Source of the DNA: Bacteroidota bacterium
GTDB taxonomy: Bacteria > Bacteroidota > Bacteroidia > UKL13-3
Assembly: GCA_037141455.1 (NCBI GenBank)
Contig: JBAXCN010000001.1
Coordinates: forward strand, 27,825-91,824
Reading direction: 5' to 3'
Length of the DNA: 64,000 bases
Shown here: positions 62,014 through 64,000 of the stretch, one piece after another
Position numbering within the stretch: position 1 is the stretch's first letter
How the letters are laid out: each line of letters opens with the position of its first letter
The notes under the pieces: generated by a model
Databases searched by the model: none
The model's input: only the letters and a program-made list of their open reading frames with translations
What the model was told of the DNA's origin: nothing
Translations under genes and position numbers: made by a program

Positions 62014-63269
62014 ACATTAAACTGATTATAACTATTGCTAAGTCGTTATTGCTAGCTCGATGGAAACAAACACTTGTGGCTGCAGTAGGCGTTACTTTTA
62101 GCATTACCATGTTTATTACTTTACTGGGTTTTATGAGCGGGTTAAACGATTTACTTGATGGATTAATATTAAACCGAACACCACATATAAAACTGTTTAA
62201 TGAAATTAAAGCCAGCAAAGAACAACCAATTGATTTATCGGATAAATTTAAAGGCAGTTATCATTTTATACATTCTATAAAACCAAGTAATGCAAGACAA
62301 GAAATTTATAACAATGGTGCAATTTTAAAAACACTAAAAAATGATAATAGAGTTAAAGGAATTGCTCCAAAAATAGTAGCACAAGTTTTTTATAATGTGG
62401 GCGCAATTGATGTAACAGGCGTTATTAATGGCATTGATGTAGAAGCAGAAAATACATTATTTTTTTTTAAAGATTATGTAACCAAAGGAAACCATATTGA
62501 TTTAATGAATGTGCCCAATAGTATTATTTTAGGGAAAGGTGTTGCTGATAAAATGTTGGCCAATATTGGCGATGTAGTGCAAGTTACTACTCCAAAAGGC
62601 GATAGAATTCAATTAAAAGTTGTTGGTTTTTTTCAATCAGGATTACAAGAGTTAGATAAAGTTCAAAGTTATGCATCGTTGGCTACCTCACAAAAATTAT
62701 TAGGTAAATCAAATAACTATATTACCGATATTCAAATAAAATTAAATGATATTACAAATGCACCTGCAATAGCAAAAGAATTTGCTAAAACTTTTGAAAT
62801 AGATGCCGAAGACATTCAAACAGCCAACTCACAATTTGAAACTGGGAGTTCTGTAAGAACATTAATATCGTATGCAGTAGGCATTACGTTATTAATAGTT
62901 GCTGGCTTTGGTATTTACAATATTTTAAATATGATGATTTTTGAAAAAATGGATTCAATTGCCATTTTAAAAGCCACAGGTTTTTCGGGAAAAGATGTAA
63001 ATGCTATTTTTATGATTATTGCTTTAAGTATTGGTTTTTTTGGTGGTTTGTTTGGACTTTTGTTTGGTTTTGGATTGTCATCTATTATCGATCAAATTCC
63101 ATTTAATACAGCTGCATTGCCCACCATTAAAACGTATCCCATTAATTATAATCCTAAGTTTTATACTGTAGGGATTACCTTTTCGTTAATAACCACTTAT
63201 TTTGCTGGTTTGTTTCCAGCACGTAAGGCCAGTAGAATAGACCCAGTAGTAATTATAAGAGGAAAATAA
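62010..63269 (+). CDS. ABC transporter permease, FtsX/MacB/LolC-like
   Basis: TM1, a ~230-aa periplasmic domain, then three C-terminal TM helices (FtsX fold). The 4-nt ATGA overlap with the adaptor gene suggests coupling. Confidence 0.8.
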   Translation: MNIKLIITIAKSLLLARWKQTLVAAVGVTFSITMFITLLGFMSGLNDLLDGLILNRTPHIKLFNEIKASKEQPIDLSDKFKGSYHFIHSIKPSNARQEIYNNGAILKTLKNDNRVKGIAPKIVAQVFYNVGAIDVTGVINGIDVEAENTLFFFKDYVTKGNHIDLMNVPNSIILGKGVADKMLANIGDVVQVTTPKGDRIQLKVVGFFQSGLQELDKVQSYASLATSQKLLGKSNNYITDIQIKLNDITNAPAIAKEFAKTFEIDAEDIQTANSQFETGSSVRTLISYAVGITLLIVAGFGIYNILNMMIFEKMDSIAILKATGFSGKDVNAIFMIIALSIGFFGGLFGLLFGFGLSSIIDQIPFNTAALPTIKTYPINYNPKFYTVGITFSLITTYFAGLFPARKASRIDPVVIIRGK

Positions 63270-63270
63270 A

Positions 63271-63951
63271 ATGAGCCAGATAATACTACAAGCTAAAGGA
63301 ATTAATAAAAGCTTTCACGATCCTATAAAAATTCAGATTTTGAAAGATATTGATTTTACTATAAACAAAGGGGAGTTTGTTTCAATTATTGGCAAATCAG
63401 GTTGTGGCAAATCAACTTTGCTTTACATTTTATCTACAATGGATACCGATTTTGAAGGGGAATTATTGATTGATGGAGAAAGTACAAAAAATAAAAAAGA
63501 AGGGCAATTGGCTTTAATTAGAAATGAAAAAATTGGTTTTGTTTTTCAATTTCATTATTTGTTAAATGAATTTAATGTGCTTCGTAATGTAATGTTGCCA
63601 GGTTTAAAATTAGGCAAATATTCAGAAAAAGAAATAGAGCACAGAGCAATAGAAAAATTAAAAATTTTAGGCATTGAAAGTGAAGCACTGAAACCAGCCA
63701 ACCAGCTATCGGGTGGACAAAAACAACGAGTAGCTATTGCCCGCGCGCTCATAAACGACCCTCTTATAATTATGGGCGATGAACCAACAGGAAATTTAGA
63801 TAAAAAGAATAGCAATATTGTTTTTGATATTTTTAAAGAATTAGCCCATGAGTTTAAACAAACCTTATTAATTGTTACCCACGACAATGAATTTGCCAAA
63901 AGCACCGATAGAATTATAGAAATGGAAGATGGAAGGATAATTAAATTTTGA
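63271..63951 (+). CDS. ABC transporter ATP-binding protein (MacB/LolD-like)
   Basis: Walker [10 protein letters not shown], signature LSGGQKQR, Walker [11 protein letters not shown]-loop VTHD. Confidence 0.9.
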   Translation: MSQIILQAKGINKSFHDPIKIQILKDIDFTINKGEFVSIIGKSGCGKSTLLYILSTMDTDFEGELLIDGESTKNKKEGQLALIRNEKIGFVFQFHYLLNEFNVLRNVMLPGLKLGKYSEKEIEHRAIEKLKILGIESEALKPANQLSGGQKQRVAIARALINDPLIIMGDEPTGNLDKKNSNIVFDIFKELAHEFKQTLLIVTHDNEFAKSTDRIIEMEDGRIIKF

Positions 63952-64000
63952 ATTTTGAATGTTGGATTTTGAATGATGAATTGCAAATTATGAATTATGA
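63952..64000. repeat. Degenerate heptanucleotide array (7 units, ATnnTGA-like), truncated by the window end
   Basis: attttga atgttgg attttga atgatga attgcaa attatga attatga, starting on the first base after the TGA stop of the ABC ATPase gene. Confidence 0.7.

Noticed and set aside
1-64000. Defence island, prophage, integrative element, secondary-metabolite cluster, tRNA/rRNA genes, riboswitches
   Set aside because: No integrase, recombinase, reverse transcriptase, nuclease-helicase pairs, phage structural genes, PKS/NRPS motifs or tRNA-like GC-rich cloverleaf segments were seen. No TPP, purine or cobalamin riboswitch cores (which I looked for upstream of thiL, purQ and nrdB) were seen either. 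The only mobile-element protein is the decayed Y1 transposase.

Overview
This is a visibly AT-rich chromosomal segment with the hallmarks of a Bacteroidota (Flavobacteriia/Sphingobacteriia-like) genome. Three secreted proteins end in type-A T9SS C-terminal sorting domains. A PorQ-like gene sits next to cmk. Several genes are preceded by exact TAnnTTTG -7 promoter boxes and none by Shine-Dalgarno sequences. I call 47 apparently intact CDS, 2 pseudogenes, 8 hairpin terminators, 8 candidate -7 boxes and several repeat families. I found no rRNA, tRNA, CRISPR array, integrase, prophage or recognisable defence island. Gene content is mainly housekeeping: thiL, purQ, mnmA, cmk, cysS, nrdB-nrdA, a PiT phosphate transporter, an HtrA protease and an aminotransferase/omega-amidase pair. 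There is also a Wzx/Wzz/O-antigen-ligase-like trio, envelope proteins (OmpA-like, SPOR, DUF1573), a MacAB-like ABC exporter and phosphate-scavenging exoenzymes. The most unusual object is an 8.1-kb gene (52681-60744, minus strand) encoding a ~2690-aa T9SS cargo. It strings together phytase-like, 5'-nucleotidase and two tandem PhoX/DUF839-like modules (a 1374-bp internal duplication), an OB-fold-like module and three FN3-like repeats. It is followed by a MauG/CCP-like di-haem protein with a long unassigned N-terminal region and by a mono-haem cytochrome c. The non-coding structure is richer than the coding content suggests. It includes a frameshifted RAYT-type Y1 transposase flanked by REP hairpins with a compensatory stem change, and two copies of a ~59-bp near-perfect palindrome. 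It also includes a 149-bp MITE-like element built of YRCAAAG words, and degenerate heptanucleotide arrays, three of which start at or overlap a stop codon. An FkbM-like methyltransferase gene carries in-frame stop codons without any frameshift. All family assignments come from reading motifs by eye, not from database searches.
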